From positions 115,088-179,087 of the forward strand of contig JACQFL010000050.1 in NCBI GenBank assembly GCA_016200085.1: a DNA stretch of 64,000 bases, read 5' to 3'. The translations under genes and the position numbers were made by a program. Positions 45,789-54,613 of the stretch are shown here, in pieces. Under the pieces are notes generated by a model. It saw only the letters and a list, made by a program, of their open reading frames with translations, did no database searches and had not been told where the DNA came from. The DNA comes from Candidatus Rokuibacteriota bacterium (GTDB taxonomy: Bacteria; Methylomirabilota; Methylomirabilia; Rokubacteriales; CSP1-6). How positions within the stretch are numbered: the first letter of the stretch is position 1; every line of letters starts with the position of its first letter.

Positions 45789-46580
45789 CTAGATCCTGCG
45801 CAGCACGACCACCATCAGCAGGGGGTGGCGCGACTTCTCGAGGATCTGGTGCGGCTTGAAGCCGAAGAACCACTGCTCGAACGCGAAACCGCCGGCCAGC
45901 GCCACCAGCGCCCGGAGCTCCTGGGGGAAGACCATCCGCGACAGATGGGTCTGCCGGTAGATGCGGCGCGTGCCGTTCTCGACGGCCTCCAGCGTCATCC
46001 GCTCGCGGAAGACCTGGCTCACCGGATCGACGTCGTGCAGGGCCGAGAACGACGCCCGCACGATCAGGCGGCCCCGCCGCCGCGACCACGACCAGGCCCG
46101 CGCCGGATCCGTCCAGGAGGAGGTCATGTAGCGGTCGAAGATGTAGAGTCCGCCCCGTCGGAGGGCTCGCGCCACGCACCTGAGATGCGCGACCAGCGCC
46201 TCGTTGGTGAGCAGGTGGCCCTGGGAGTCCTGCATGCAGATCGCCGCGTCGACCGGCCGGGTCAGGCGGAAGTCGGTCATGTCGCCCACCACGGCCTCGC
46301 CGCGATACCCCTTCTCGGCCAGGCGCCGGCGCAGGAAGTCGATGTTCTTCGGGGAGAGGTCCAGCCCGACCGTCTCGTAGCCGCGCCCGGCGAGGCGCAT
46401 GAGGTGCGGCCCGGTGCCGCAGGCGATGTCGAGCACGCGGCGGACCGGGCGCCGGGCGTACCGCTTGAAGCAGTGGACGAGGAAGTCGACCTCGCCCTTG
46501 CGGTTCATGTCGAAGGCGATCTCGTAGAGCCTCGGCGCCGAGTACTCGCGGGTGCGGTCACGGCCGCGCGGGGCGCTCAT
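45789..46580 (-). CDS. class I SAM-dependent methyltransferase
   Basis: VLDIACGTGPHLMRLAGRGYETVGLDLS (motif I). The start is inferred at MSAPRG, whose ATG overlaps the agmatinase stop (ATGA). Confidence 0.6.
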   Translation of the reverse strand: MSAPRGRDRTREYSAPRLYEIAFDMNRKGEVDFLVHCFKRYARRPVRRVLDIACGTGPHLMRLAGRGYETVGLDLSPKNIDFLRRRLAEKGYRGEAVVGDMTDFRLTRPVDAAICMQDSQGHLLTNEALVAHLRCVARALRRGGLYIFDRYMTSSWTDPARAWSWSRRRGRLIVRASFSALHDVDPVSQVFRERMTLEAVENGTRRIYRQTHLSRMVFPQELRALVALAGGFAFEQWFFGFKPHQILEKSRHPLLMVVVLRRI

Positions 46581-47443
46581 CGAAGAGCTCCCCACCAGGC
46601 CAGCATCGACTCCCGGATGACCCATGCCGCGGCGATCCCCGTCCGTCCCGACGGGTCCCAGGCATGGGCGACCTCGACCAGGTCACCGCCGATGACCCGG
46701 CAGCGGGCGAGCAGGTGGACGATCTCGACGAGCTCGCGGACGTCGATCCCGCACGGCTCGGGCGAGCCGGTGCCCGGCGCCTGAGACGGGTCCAGGACGT
46801 CGATGTCGATCGTCACGTAGAGCGGGCGGCCGGCCAGCTCGGGCAGGAGGGACCGCACGGCGTCCACCGGGCGCCCCGCGAAGCCCGGGAAGAAGCGGGG
46901 CCGCCGGCGCTCGTACTCCTCGCGCGCGCCCGTCCTGATCCCGACCTGATACACCCGCTCCGGCGGGACGACGTCCATCACCCGCGCCATCGCGGAGGCG
47001 TAGTTGTACCGCTCGCCCAGGAACTGCTCGCGCAGGTCGGGATGGGCGTCGAGCTGCAGCACGCAGAGGTCGGGGAAGGCCGGGGCCAGCGTCTCGATGA
47101 CAGGCACGGTCGCGGTGTGATCGCCGCCGAGCATGTAGGGCAGCAGGCCGGGATGCCACCAGGCGGCGATCTGCTCCCGGGCGGCGTCGAGCTGCTCCCG
47201 CGGCGGGGCGCCATCGGGCAGCTCGCAGTCCCCGACGTCGGCCAGCGGCAGATCCTCCAGATCGCGGCCGAGGAGCGGGGAGTACGTCTCGACCGAGTCG
47301 GAGGCGAGCCGGAGGTCGCGGGGGCCGGCGTCGGCCCCCTTCCTCAGATTCACCCGGCCCTCGAAGGGGATGCCGTAGACGATGATGCGGGAGCCCGCCA
47401 GCAGCCGCTGGCAGGCGATGAAGCGAGGCGAAACCTCGCGCAG
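46577..47443 (-). CDS. speB: agmatinase (ureohydrolase family); start uncertain
   Basis: IIVYGIPFEGRVNLRKGADAGPRDLR...GGDHTATVPV...DAHPDL...DIDVLDP are arginase-family metal-binding motifs. No canonical start precedes the conserved N-terminus. The ORF-track start at 47605 overlaps pdaD out of frame. Confidence 0.75.
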   Translation of the reverse strand: MREVSPRFIACQRLLAGSRIIVYGIPFEGRVNLRKGADAGPRDLRLASDSVETYSPLLGRDLEDLPLADVGDCELPDGAPPREQLDAAREQIAAWWHPGLLPYMLGGDHTATVPVIETLAPAFPDLCVLQLDAHPDLREQFLGERYNYASAMARVMDVVPPERVYQVGIRTGAREEYERRRPRFFPGFAGRPVDAVRSLLPELAGRPLYVTIDIDVLDPSQAPGTGSPEPCGIDVRELVEIVHLLARCRVIGGDLVEVAHAWDPSGRTGIAAAWVIRESMLAWWGALR

Positions 47444-47447
47444 GGCT

Positions 47448-47924
47448 CTAGACCAGGTCTTCTTCGGCGAGCAGGGTGATGGCGGCCAGCGCGCAGCCGA
47501 CCCGCTCCACGGTGTGCTCGACAGCGAAGACCTTCTTCTCGCGCATGACCTCGCCCCGTACCCGGAACGCCTCGTCCAGCATCGCGTGGATCTGGCACTC
47601 GGCATGCTCGCGGCTGGCGATGCCGTGGAACTCCATGATCACGCCGTTCTTGGCCGGGTCGTCCGGGATGCCGTAGCCGACGGCCGCGGCCACCGTCTCG
47701 CCGGGGACGTCGCTGGTCATGGCCGCATAGGCCGTGGGGATGATGGCGCCGGGCTTGATCTTCGGCAGCTCGATTACGGGAACGTCGGGGGGCAGGATGC
47801 TGGAGACCTTGATGAGGTTGATGTTGCCGATGCCGGCCGCGAGGAGCGCGTTGTCGAAGGCATTGAGGATCGTGCCGCCCTCTGCGTGCCCCGCGGTCGC
47901 CGCCGCCATCGTCACTCGCGTCAT
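47448..47924 (-). CDS. pdaD: pyruvoyl-dependent arginine decarboxylase
   Basis: TILNAFDNALLAAGIGNINLIKVSSILPP...AVEHTVERVGCALAAI closely resembles archaeal PdaD. The ATG (MTRVT) is preceded by RBS GGGAGGAG. Confidence 0.8.
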   Translation of the reverse strand: MTRVTMAAATAGHAEGGTILNAFDNALLAAGIGNINLIKVSSILPPDVPVIELPKIKPGAIIPTAYAAMTSDVPGETVAAAVGYGIPDDPAKNGVIMEFHGIASREHAECQIHAMLDEAFRVRGEVMREKKVFAVEHTVERVGCALAAITLLAEEDLV

Positions 47925-48254
47925 CCGTTCGCTCCTCCCATCGTGTGGTTGGGTGCCTCCCATCCTCCCTCGCGCGACGGTGCGCGAGTCCGTTCATTTC
48001 GTCACTGTCAACTGCGCGTCGACCGAATGCAAGGAAAAACTGCGCTCGCGACGCGCGCCGAGGCGCCGGCGAGGCCCGCCCAAAGGTGCTCGCGGACGCG
48101 TTTTTTTCTTGCAATCGCAAAAACCGGACCATACAGTGACTTCAATTGACTGACGCGGCGAGATTTTTCGTCGCGCGAGCGGCGGCGCCGGGCGACGGGC
48201 CGCAGGAGACGTGCGGTAGATGACTGGACCGGACCAGACAGGAGGGAACGTGGA

Positions 48255-48665
48255 TTGAACGCGCTGGGACGCCATCTCCTCCTCGAGTTGTTCGATTGCG
48301 ACTCCGACGCCATCAACGACCTCGAGACCGTGAAGGGCGCTCTGGTCGAAGCGGCGAAGCGGGCACAGGCCACCATCGTCGACGTCGTCTTCCACGAGTT
48401 CAACCCGTTCGGCATCAGCGGTGTCGTCGTCATCGCCGAATCGCACCTCTCGGTCCACACCTGGCCCGAGTACCGGTACGCCGCGGTCGACATCTTCTCC
48501 TGCGGCGACACCCTGCAGCCGGAGATCGCGGCCACCTACCTCGTGAAGGAGTTCGGCGCCGGGAAGACCTCGGTGGTCGATGTCCAGCGAGGCATGTTCC
48601 TCAACGCGCCGAGGCCCCTCAACAACAAGACGGTGACCAGCAAGGCGGCAGTCGCCTTCCGTTGA
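48255..48665 (+). CDS. speH: S-adenosylmethionine decarboxylase proenzyme (small bacterial/archaeal type)
   Basis: VVVIAESHLSVHTWPEYRYAAVDIFSCG has the E-S self-cleavage site. TTG start with RBS GGAGGGA. Confidence 0.85.
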   Translation: MNALGRHLLLELFDCDSDAINDLETVKGALVEAAKRAQATIVDVVFHEFNPFGISGVVVIAESHLSVHTWPEYRYAAVDIFSCGDTLQPEIAATYLVKEFGAGKTSVVDVQRGMFLNAPRPLNNKTVTSKAAVAFR

Positions 48666-48672
48666 TCACCCC

Positions 48673-49593
48673 TTGATCACTCCACAGTCGTACAAGTGGT
48701 TCTTCGAGCCCACCACCCCCGTCGAGGGGCACATGCACGCCATCCGGCGGACGGTGGTCGAGGCCCAGACCAAGTTCCAGCACGTCGAGATCCTGGAAAC
48801 CGCCGCCTATGGCAAGACCTTGATCCTCGACGGGAGGATCCAGTCCAGCCAGGGTGACGAGTTCATCTACCACGAGGCGCTCTGTCACCCCGGCCTGCTC
48901 GCCGTGGAGGGGGCGCCCCGGAGCGCGCTCGTCATCGGCGGGGGCGAGGGCGCCACCCTGCGCGAGATCCTCCGCTACCCCTCGATCCAGCGGGCGGTCA
49001 TGGTCGACATCGACGGCGAGGTCGTCGAGCTGTGCCGGCAGCACCTGCCCGAGATGCACCGGGGCGCCTTCGACGACCCCCGCACGGAGGTGCGTCACGA
49101 AGACGCTCGCGCCTACCTCGAGCACGGCCGCGAGCCGTTCGATTTCATCACCATCGATCTCACCGAGCCCCTCGAGGAGGGACCCGCCTGCATGCTCTTC
49201 ACCCGGGAGTTCTACGGCCTCGTCCGCGACCGCCTGACGCCGGGCGGGGCCATGACCCTGCAAGCCGGCATGACCAAGATCGGGGAGCTCGCCTTCTACA
49301 CCTCGATCCACCGCACGCTGCGCGAGGTCTTTCCAATCGTCGCCGGCTACCAGACGTTCATCTCGTGCTTCGGCACGCCGTGGGGCTTCATCGCGGCCAC
49401 CAGAAAGGTCGATCCGCGCAAGCAGGACGCCGCCGCGATCGACCGCCTGATCGCGGACCGCGTGAAGGGTGACCTGGCGTACTGGGACGGGCAGACCCAC
49501 CTGCACGCCTTCGGGCTGCCGAAGTTCGTGCGCAAGGCCATCGACGCCCAGAGCCGCATCGTCACGGACCGGAACCCCTTGATCGTGTCCTGA
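48673..49593 (+). CDS. speE: spermidine synthase
   Basis: WFFE...ILDGRIQSSQGDEFIYHEAL...VIGGGEGATLREIL...VDIDGEVVE are spermidine-synthase motifs. TTG start. Confidence 0.85.
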   Translation: MITPQSYKWFFEPTTPVEGHMHAIRRTVVEAQTKFQHVEILETAAYGKTLILDGRIQSSQGDEFIYHEALCHPGLLAVEGAPRSALVIGGGEGATLREILRYPSIQRAVMVDIDGEVVELCRQHLPEMHRGAFDDPRTEVRHEDARAYLEHGREPFDFITIDLTEPLEEGPACMLFTREFYGLVRDRLTPGGAMTLQAGMTKIGELAFYTSIHRTLREVFPIVAGYQTFISCFGTPWGFIAATRKVDPRKQDAAAIDRLIADRVKGDLAYWDGQTHLHAFGLPKFVRKAIDAQSRIVTDRNPLIVS

Positions 49594-49605
49594 GGGGCGG
49601 GCCGC

Positions 49606-49869
49606 GTGCCCGCCCGGGGCCTCGGGGTCGTCGCGCTCATCATCATCGCGGGACTCATCATCGGATCGCTGCTGGGCGAGCTCCTCGGCCACCTCATCCC
49701 CTGGCAGTGGGCCCAGGATCTGTTGACCCGCGGTCCCAGCATCGGCTTCGCCTCGCCGATCACCCTCGACCTCAAGCTCCTGACCCTGTCCTTCGGGTTC
49801 ACGTTCAAGGTCAATCTCGTGGGTGTCCTCGGGATCCTGATCGCCGCCTTCACCCTGCGCCGGATGTGA
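49606..49869 (+). CDS. small membrane protein (DUF4321-like)
   Basis: An 87-aa two-TM protein lying immediately upstream of maf. Confidence 0.5.
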   Translation: MPARGLGVVALIIIAGLIIGSLLGELLGHLIPWQWAQDLLTRGPSIGFASPITLDLKLLTLSFGFTFKVNLVGVLGILIAAFTLRRM

Positions 49870-49908
49870 GCGACGGCCTCCTCCTTCGAGTCTCCGCCGG
49901 GCGAGCGG

Positions 49909-50493
49909 GTGGTGCTGGCGTCGGCCTCTCCCCGGCGCCGCGAGCTGCTCGGCCGGCTCTGTGCGAGCTTCGACGTCGTCCCCGCGCGGATTGACGAGCG
50001 GCTCCCCCCCGGGCCTCTGGAGGCCGCCGTCGCCGCGCTGGCCCTCGAGAAGGCCCGGGCCGTCGCGGCGAGCCGGACCGGCGGGCTCGTGCTGGCTGCC
50101 GACACGGTGGTCACGATCGACGGGGACGTGCTCGGCAAGCCCGCGGATGCCGCTGACGCGCAGCGGATGCTCCGGCGCCTGCGCGGGCGCTGGCACGAGG
50201 TGATCACGGGTCTCGCGGCGGTCGACGTCGCTTCCGGGCGCAGCGAGACGGCCGCGGTCACCAGCCGCGTGCTGATGGCGCGGTATCCGGACGCCGTCCT
50301 CGAGGAGTACGTGGCGGGCGGCTCGCCGCTGGACAAGGCGGGCGCCTATGCGATCCAGGATCTCGACGGCGCGCTCGTCGACGGCCTCGTCGGCTCCTAC
50401 ACGAACGTCATCGGGCTGCCCCTGGCCGAGACCCGGCGCCTGCTCGAAGCCTTCGGGGTCGCCCTCAGCGGCGCCGGGACGCCGGCCGCTTGA
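49909..50493 (+). CDS. maf: Maf-like nucleoside triphosphate pyrophosphatase
   Basis: VLASASPRRRELL...VLAADTVVTIDGDVLGKP...KAGAYAIQ are Maf motifs. Confidence 0.8.
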   Translation: MVLASASPRRRELLGRLCASFDVVPARIDERLPPGPLEAAVAALALEKARAVAASRTGGLVLAADTVVTIDGDVLGKPADAADAQRMLRRLRGRWHEVITGLAAVDVASGRSETAAVTSRVLMARYPDAVLEEYVAGGSPLDKAGAYAIQDLDGALVDGLVGSYTNVIGLPLAETRRLLEAFGVALSGAGTPAA

Positions 50494-51427
50494 CGGCCTG
50501 GTAGAGCATGTCCTCCGGCCTGGGCAGGGCCAGCGTCGGGGGCAGGGGCGTCTGGCCGCGAATCATCGCGATGGTGTCGCGCAGCTGCACCGCGGTGACG
50601 TCGCCGTTCGGCAGGTAGAGGGCCCGCGAGGCCTCCAGGCGCGCTGCGAACTCGTCGGGGGCGCCGACGACCCGCCGGGCAAGCTTCGTGGCCAGCGCCT
50701 CCGCGCCGGCGCCGGCGAGCTGGCGCTCGGCGGCGCGTAGCGCGCGGATGAAGGCCTGGATCTCCGCGTCTGGCGGGAGGCGATCGGCGCGCGCGAAGAT
50801 CGCGGCGCCCATCGTGGCGTGGCCGAGGCTCTTCTCGACGGCGGCCGGCGTGCGCAGATCGGCGAGCAACCAGGCCTCGCCGTCGGCGAGCAGGCGGCCG
50901 GCGAACGGCTCGTGGACGAGGCCGGCCGCGACGTCGCCGGCTGCGACGGCGGCGACGAGGCCTCGCGCGCCGAGGCTCACCAGGTCGACGTCGGTGAGCT
51001 TGACCCCGGCCCGGGACAGGAGCGCTCCGAACCAGGTCTGCTCGTGGCCGCCCGGCGCCGACAGCCCGACCCGCGCGCCGGCCAGGTCGCGCACGGCGCG
51101 CACGCGCGCCGCCGCCTGGTTCGCGACGAGCACGGCGACGGGCGGCGCCGCGGTGAGCCCGAACACGACCCGGGGCGATTGCCGGGCGATCCGCGGGCCG
51201 AAGCGGAGCAGCGACTCGAGCGAGGTGGCGGCAAGGTCGACCTGGCCCTGCGCGAGGGCCTCGGCCGCGCCGACCTCCGCGCGCGTGAGGCGCAGGGTGA
51301 CGGGGAGTCCCTCACGGGCGAAGTAGTCTTCCGCCTCGGCGACGTGGAGCGGGAGATACTCGGATGACGTCGGCGGCCCGCTCACGGCCACCGTCAACGC
51401 CTGGAGCAGGAGGATGAGCCCGAGCAT
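50465..51427 (-). CDS. ABC transporter substrate-binding protein (NMT1/SsuA/TauA-like)
   Basis: A signal peptide (MLGLILLLQALTVAVSG), then a periplasmic-binding fold. The assignment is weak. Confidence 0.55.
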   Translation of the reverse strand: MLGLILLLQALTVAVSGPPTSSEYLPLHVAEAEDYFAREGLPVTLRLTRAEVGAAEALAQGQVDLAATSLESLLRFGPRIARQSPRVVFGLTAAPPVAVLVANQAAARVRAVRDLAGARVGLSAPGGHEQTWFGALLSRAGVKLTDVDLVSLGARGLVAAVAAGDVAAGLVHEPFAGRLLADGEAWLLADLRTPAAVEKSLGHATMGAAIFARADRLPPDAEIQAFIRALRAAERQLAGAGAEALATKLARRVVGAPDEFAARLEASRALYLPNGDVTAVQLRDTIAMIRGQTPLPPTLALPRPEDMLYQAVKRPASRRR

Positions 51428-52148
51428 GGCGTCAGGATCCGTGCGGCGGCGCTGGCGCCGTCTCCCGGGGCCCCCGCACGATGCGGTCAAGGCGCGCTTG
51501 CTGCGGCTCTATCGCGCGCTCGAGCGGCGGTTCGGCCCCCAGCGCTGGTGGCCGGGCCGCACGCCGTTCGAGGTCGCGGCCGGCGCCGTGCTGACCCAGA
51601 ACACGGCCTGGACCAACGCCGCGGGCGCCGTCGCCGCGCTGCGCGCCGCGCGCCGGCTCACGCCGGCCGCGCTCGCCGGCGCGCCCCGGCGGCGGCTCGC
51701 GGCGATCGTCCGGTCGTCGGGGACGTACCGCGTCAAGGCCGCGCGCCTGCAGGCCTTCACCGCGTGGCTGCTCGCGCGGTTCGGCGGCCGATTCAGCGGG
51801 CTCCGTGCGGCGCCGCTGGCGGCGCTGCGCCGCGAGATGCTGGGCGTGGCCGGGCTCGGTCCCGAGACCGTGGACGCCATCCTGCTCTACGCGGCCCACC
51901 GGCCCGTCTTCGTCGCCGACGCCTACACCCGGCGCGTGCTCGCGCGCCACCGGTTGCTGCGCGCCGGGGCGGGCTACGAGACGGCGCGCGCGCTCGTCGA
52001 AGCGCACCTGCCCTCGGATCCCGCGCTGTTCAACGAGTATCACGCGCTGATCGTCGCGGTGGCCAAGACGCACTGCCGCGCGGCGCCCCGCTGCGAGGGC
52101 TGCCCGCTCAGGTTCGACCTCGGGGGGCGGCCGCCCGCTCGAGGATGA
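51414..52148 (+). CDS. endonuclease III-like HhH-GPD family protein
   Basis: VLTQNTAWTNAAGAVAAL...GVAGLGPETVDAILLYA (HhH-GPD) and a C-terminal Cys cluster (HCRAAPRCEGC). Confidence 0.65.
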   Translation: MSPSMASGSVRRRWRRLPGPPHDAVKARLLRLYRALERRFGPQRWWPGRTPFEVAAGAVLTQNTAWTNAAGAVAALRAARRLTPAALAGAPRRRLAAIVRSSGTYRVKAARLQAFTAWLLARFGGRFSGLRAAPLAALRREMLGVAGLGPETVDAILLYAAHRPVFVADAYTRRVLARHRLLRAGAGYETARALVEAHLPSDPALFNEYHALIVAVAKTHCRAAPRCEGCPLRFDLGGRPPARG

Positions 52149-53232
52149 GCGCGGCCAGGCGCTCGGCGGCGTCGGGCACCGCGAGCCGCCGGGCCTGGTC
52201 GCCCATCTTCTTGAGCGTCTGCGGCGCGGCGAGCAGGGCGCGCACGCGATCGAGCAGCGTGTCCGGGGTGAGCTCGGCCTGCGGCAGCACGGCGCATCCG
52301 CCGGCCCGCTCCACGAAGCGCGCGTTCTGCGTCTGCTCGTCGCCGCTCGTGCCCGGCAACGGCACGTAGAGCGCGGGCACGCCGAGGTGGCAGCACTCGT
52401 TGACGGTGCCGGCGCCCGCGCGGCCGGCCACGAGCGAGGCGGCGGCGTACACCGCGGCCAGCTCCGGGCCGACGAAGGGCGTGATGACGTACCGCCGGGC
52501 CAGCGCCGCCGGCAATTCGGCCTGGCGCTCTTCGAGCCACCAGCGATCGCCGGTGGCCGGGTTGTCGCCGCACTGGTGCAGGATCTGGGTCAGCTCGAGC
52601 CACGCGGGCAGGCCCTCGCCGATCGCCCGATTGATCCGCTGCGCGCCCTGGGCGCCGCCCGTCACGTAGACGAGCGGGAGTGCCGGGTCGAGCCCGAAGC
52701 GCGCGAAGGCTTCCGCGGCCGTTCCCCCGCGCAGCTCGGGGCGGAGCGGATTGCCCGTGCGCACGACCCGGGCCGGCGGGAAGCCCCCGGGCGCCGGCGC
52801 GGGGAAGGTCACGGCGATCCGATCGGCGATCCGGGCCGCGAGGCGATTGGCCAGGCCGGGCACCGTCGTCTGCTCGTGGATCACGACGCGGATGCCGGCC
52901 AGCGCGGCGGCCAGCACCACGGGCAGCGCCACGAATCCCCCCGTGCCGAAGACGACGTCGGGCCGCAGCCGGCGCAGCAGGCGCCACGACGCCAGGACGC
53001 CGGCGGGCACGTTGACGGCGAGGTCGGCGACGTTCTGCCATGACCAGTAGCGCCGCAGCTTGCCGGCCGGGATCGCGTGGTAGGCGATGCCGCGCTCGGG
53101 GACCAGCCGCGCCTCGACGCCGGCACGGCTGCCGATCCAGGCGATCTCGACGCGGCGCTGCCGCAGCACCGCGGCGACGGCGAGACCCGGGCTCGTGTGG
53201 CCGCCGGTCCCGCCCCCGGCGACGACGATCAT
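52108..53232 (-). CDS. murG: MurG-family (GT28) UDP-N-acetylglucosamine transferase
   Basis: MIVVAGGGTGGHTSPGLAV...VFGTGGFVALP...VTGGAQGA. ATG overlaps the ddl stop (ATGA). Confidence 0.8.
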   Translation of the reverse strand: MIVVAGGGTGGHTSPGLAVAAVLRQRRVEIAWIGSRAGVEARLVPERGIAYHAIPAGKLRRYWSWQNVADLAVNVPAGVLASWRLLRRLRPDVVFGTGGFVALPVVLAAALAGIRVVIHEQTTVPGLANRLAARIADRIAVTFPAPAPGGFPPARVVRTGNPLRPELRGGTAAEAFARFGLDPALPLVYVTGGAQGAQRINRAIGEGLPAWLELTQILHQCGDNPATGDRWWLEERQAELPAALARRYVITPFVGPELAAVYAAASLVAGRAGAGTVNECCHLGVPALYVPLPGTSGDEQTQNARFVERAGGCAVLPQAELTPDTLLDRVRALLAAPQTLKKMGDQARRLAVPDAAERLAALILERAAAPRGRT

Positions 53233-54341
53233 CGGTCGCGCTGGCGCTCGAGCGCGAGCTCGACGAGGCGGTCAATCAGCGCCGTGTAGGAGAGCCCCGA
53301 GGCCTCCCACATGCGGGCGTACGCGCTCGTCGAGGTGAAGCCGGGGATGGTGTTGATCTCGTTCACGATGACGCGCTCGCCCTCGAGGAAGAAATCGACG
53401 CGCGCCATGCCGGCACAGTCGATCGCGCGGAAGGCCGCGATCGCGAGCTCCTGCATCCGGCGCGTGATCTGGGGCGACACGGGCGCGGGGATCACCAGCT
53501 GGGCCTGGCCCTCGGCGTACTTGGTCGCGTAGTCGTACCACTCCGCGCCGTAGCGGATCTCCCCGGGTTGCGACGCCACCGGTCGATCGTTGCCGAGCAC
53601 GCTGACCTCGATCTCCCGCGCCGTGACGCCGCGCTCGACCAGGATCTTGCGGTCGTGGCGGGCCGCGACGGCAAGCGCGGCGGCGAGCTCGCCCGGGTGG
53701 CGGACCTTGCTGATCCCGACGCTCGACCCCAGGTTGCAGGGCTTGACGAAGCACGGGAAGCCAACGGTCGCGGCGACCTGACGCTCGGTCGCCGCGGGAT
53801 CCTGCCGCCACTCGTGGCGCAGGACGACGAGGTATTCGACCACGGGCAGCCCGTGCGCGCGGAAGAGCGCCTTCATCGCGGCCTTGTCCATGCCGACCGC
53901 GGAGGCGAGCACGCCGGCGCCGACGTAGGGCACGTCGGCGAGCTCCAGCAGGCCCTGCACGGTGCCGTCCTCGCCGTAGGGACCGTGCAGCATGATGACG
54001 ACGACGTCGAGGCCCTCGCGCAGCTCCGCGGGCAAGCCGCCGGCCGGCTCGCTGCGCGCGAGCGCGGTCTCGTGCGTGATGATCGCGGACTCCGCGCGAT
54101 CGGCGAGGGCCTTCTTCACCGAGCCGGTCGCGTCGTCCGCGGGCAGCGCGATGCGCGCCTCGCTGGCGAGCGCGCGCATCGGATCGCCGCCGACGACCCA
54201 GCGGCCGTCGCGCGCGATGCCGATCGGCACCACGCGATGTCCGCTGCGCTCGAGCGCGGCGATCACCGACGCGGCGGAGGCGAGCGAGACCTCGTGCTCC
54301 CCCGAGCGACCGCCGAAGATCACGCCGACGCGCAACGCCAC
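53229..54341 (-). CDS. ddl: D-alanine--D-alanine ligase
   Basis: MALRVGVIFGGRSGEHEVSLASA...VMLHGPYGEDGTVQGLLEL...CFVKPCNLGSSVGISKV...VNEINTIPGFT. Confidence 0.9.
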   Translation of the reverse strand: MALRVGVIFGGRSGEHEVSLASAASVIAALERSGHRVVPIGIARDGRWVVGGDPMRALASEARIALPADDATGSVKKALADRAESAIITHETALARSEPAGGLPAELREGLDVVVIMLHGPYGEDGTVQGLLELADVPYVGAGVLASAVGMDKAAMKALFRAHGLPVVEYLVVLRHEWRQDPAATERQVAATVGFPCFVKPCNLGSSVGISKVRHPGELAAALAVAARHDRKILVERGVTAREIEVSVLGNDRPVASQPGEIRYGAEWYDYATKYAEGQAQLVIPAPVSPQITRRMQELAIAAFRAIDCAGMARVDFFLEGERVIVNEINTIPGFTSTSAYARMWEASGLSYTALIDRLVELALERQRDR

Positions 54342-54469
54342 GCCGTCATTTTACCAGCCCACCCCTGACAACCTCCGGCAGCCGCGTACGGGTAGCCCGG
54401 TGGGCGGACGGCGTCGACATTGCCGCCTCCCGCCCGGACGTACTGCGTGCAGGGCTCGGGATCCCGTTC

Positions 54470-54590
54470 TGATCGAGATGGGGGGTTCGACCCCCCCATG
54501 CCCCTTCCACGCTCGGCCCGCCCCGGCCAAGCCAAGGCGGGCCTCGATCTCGGGCGAACTGAGAGGGGGTTCGACCCCCCATACGCTCGA
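54470..54590. repeat. two copies of a GGGGGTTCGACCCCC hairpin motif in the rarA-ddl spacer
   Basis: gatggggggttcgacccccccatgc and gagagggggttcgaccccccatacgc lie ~90 nt apart. Confidence 0.6.
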
Positions 54591-54613
54591 GCGTTCGGCA
54601 CCCTCGGCGGGAG

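Noticed and set aside
54478-54585. tRNA-like GGTTCGA motifs
   Set aside because: These are isolated 5-bp-stem/5-nt-loop hairpins without acceptor, D or anticodon arms. No cloverleaf can be drawn.
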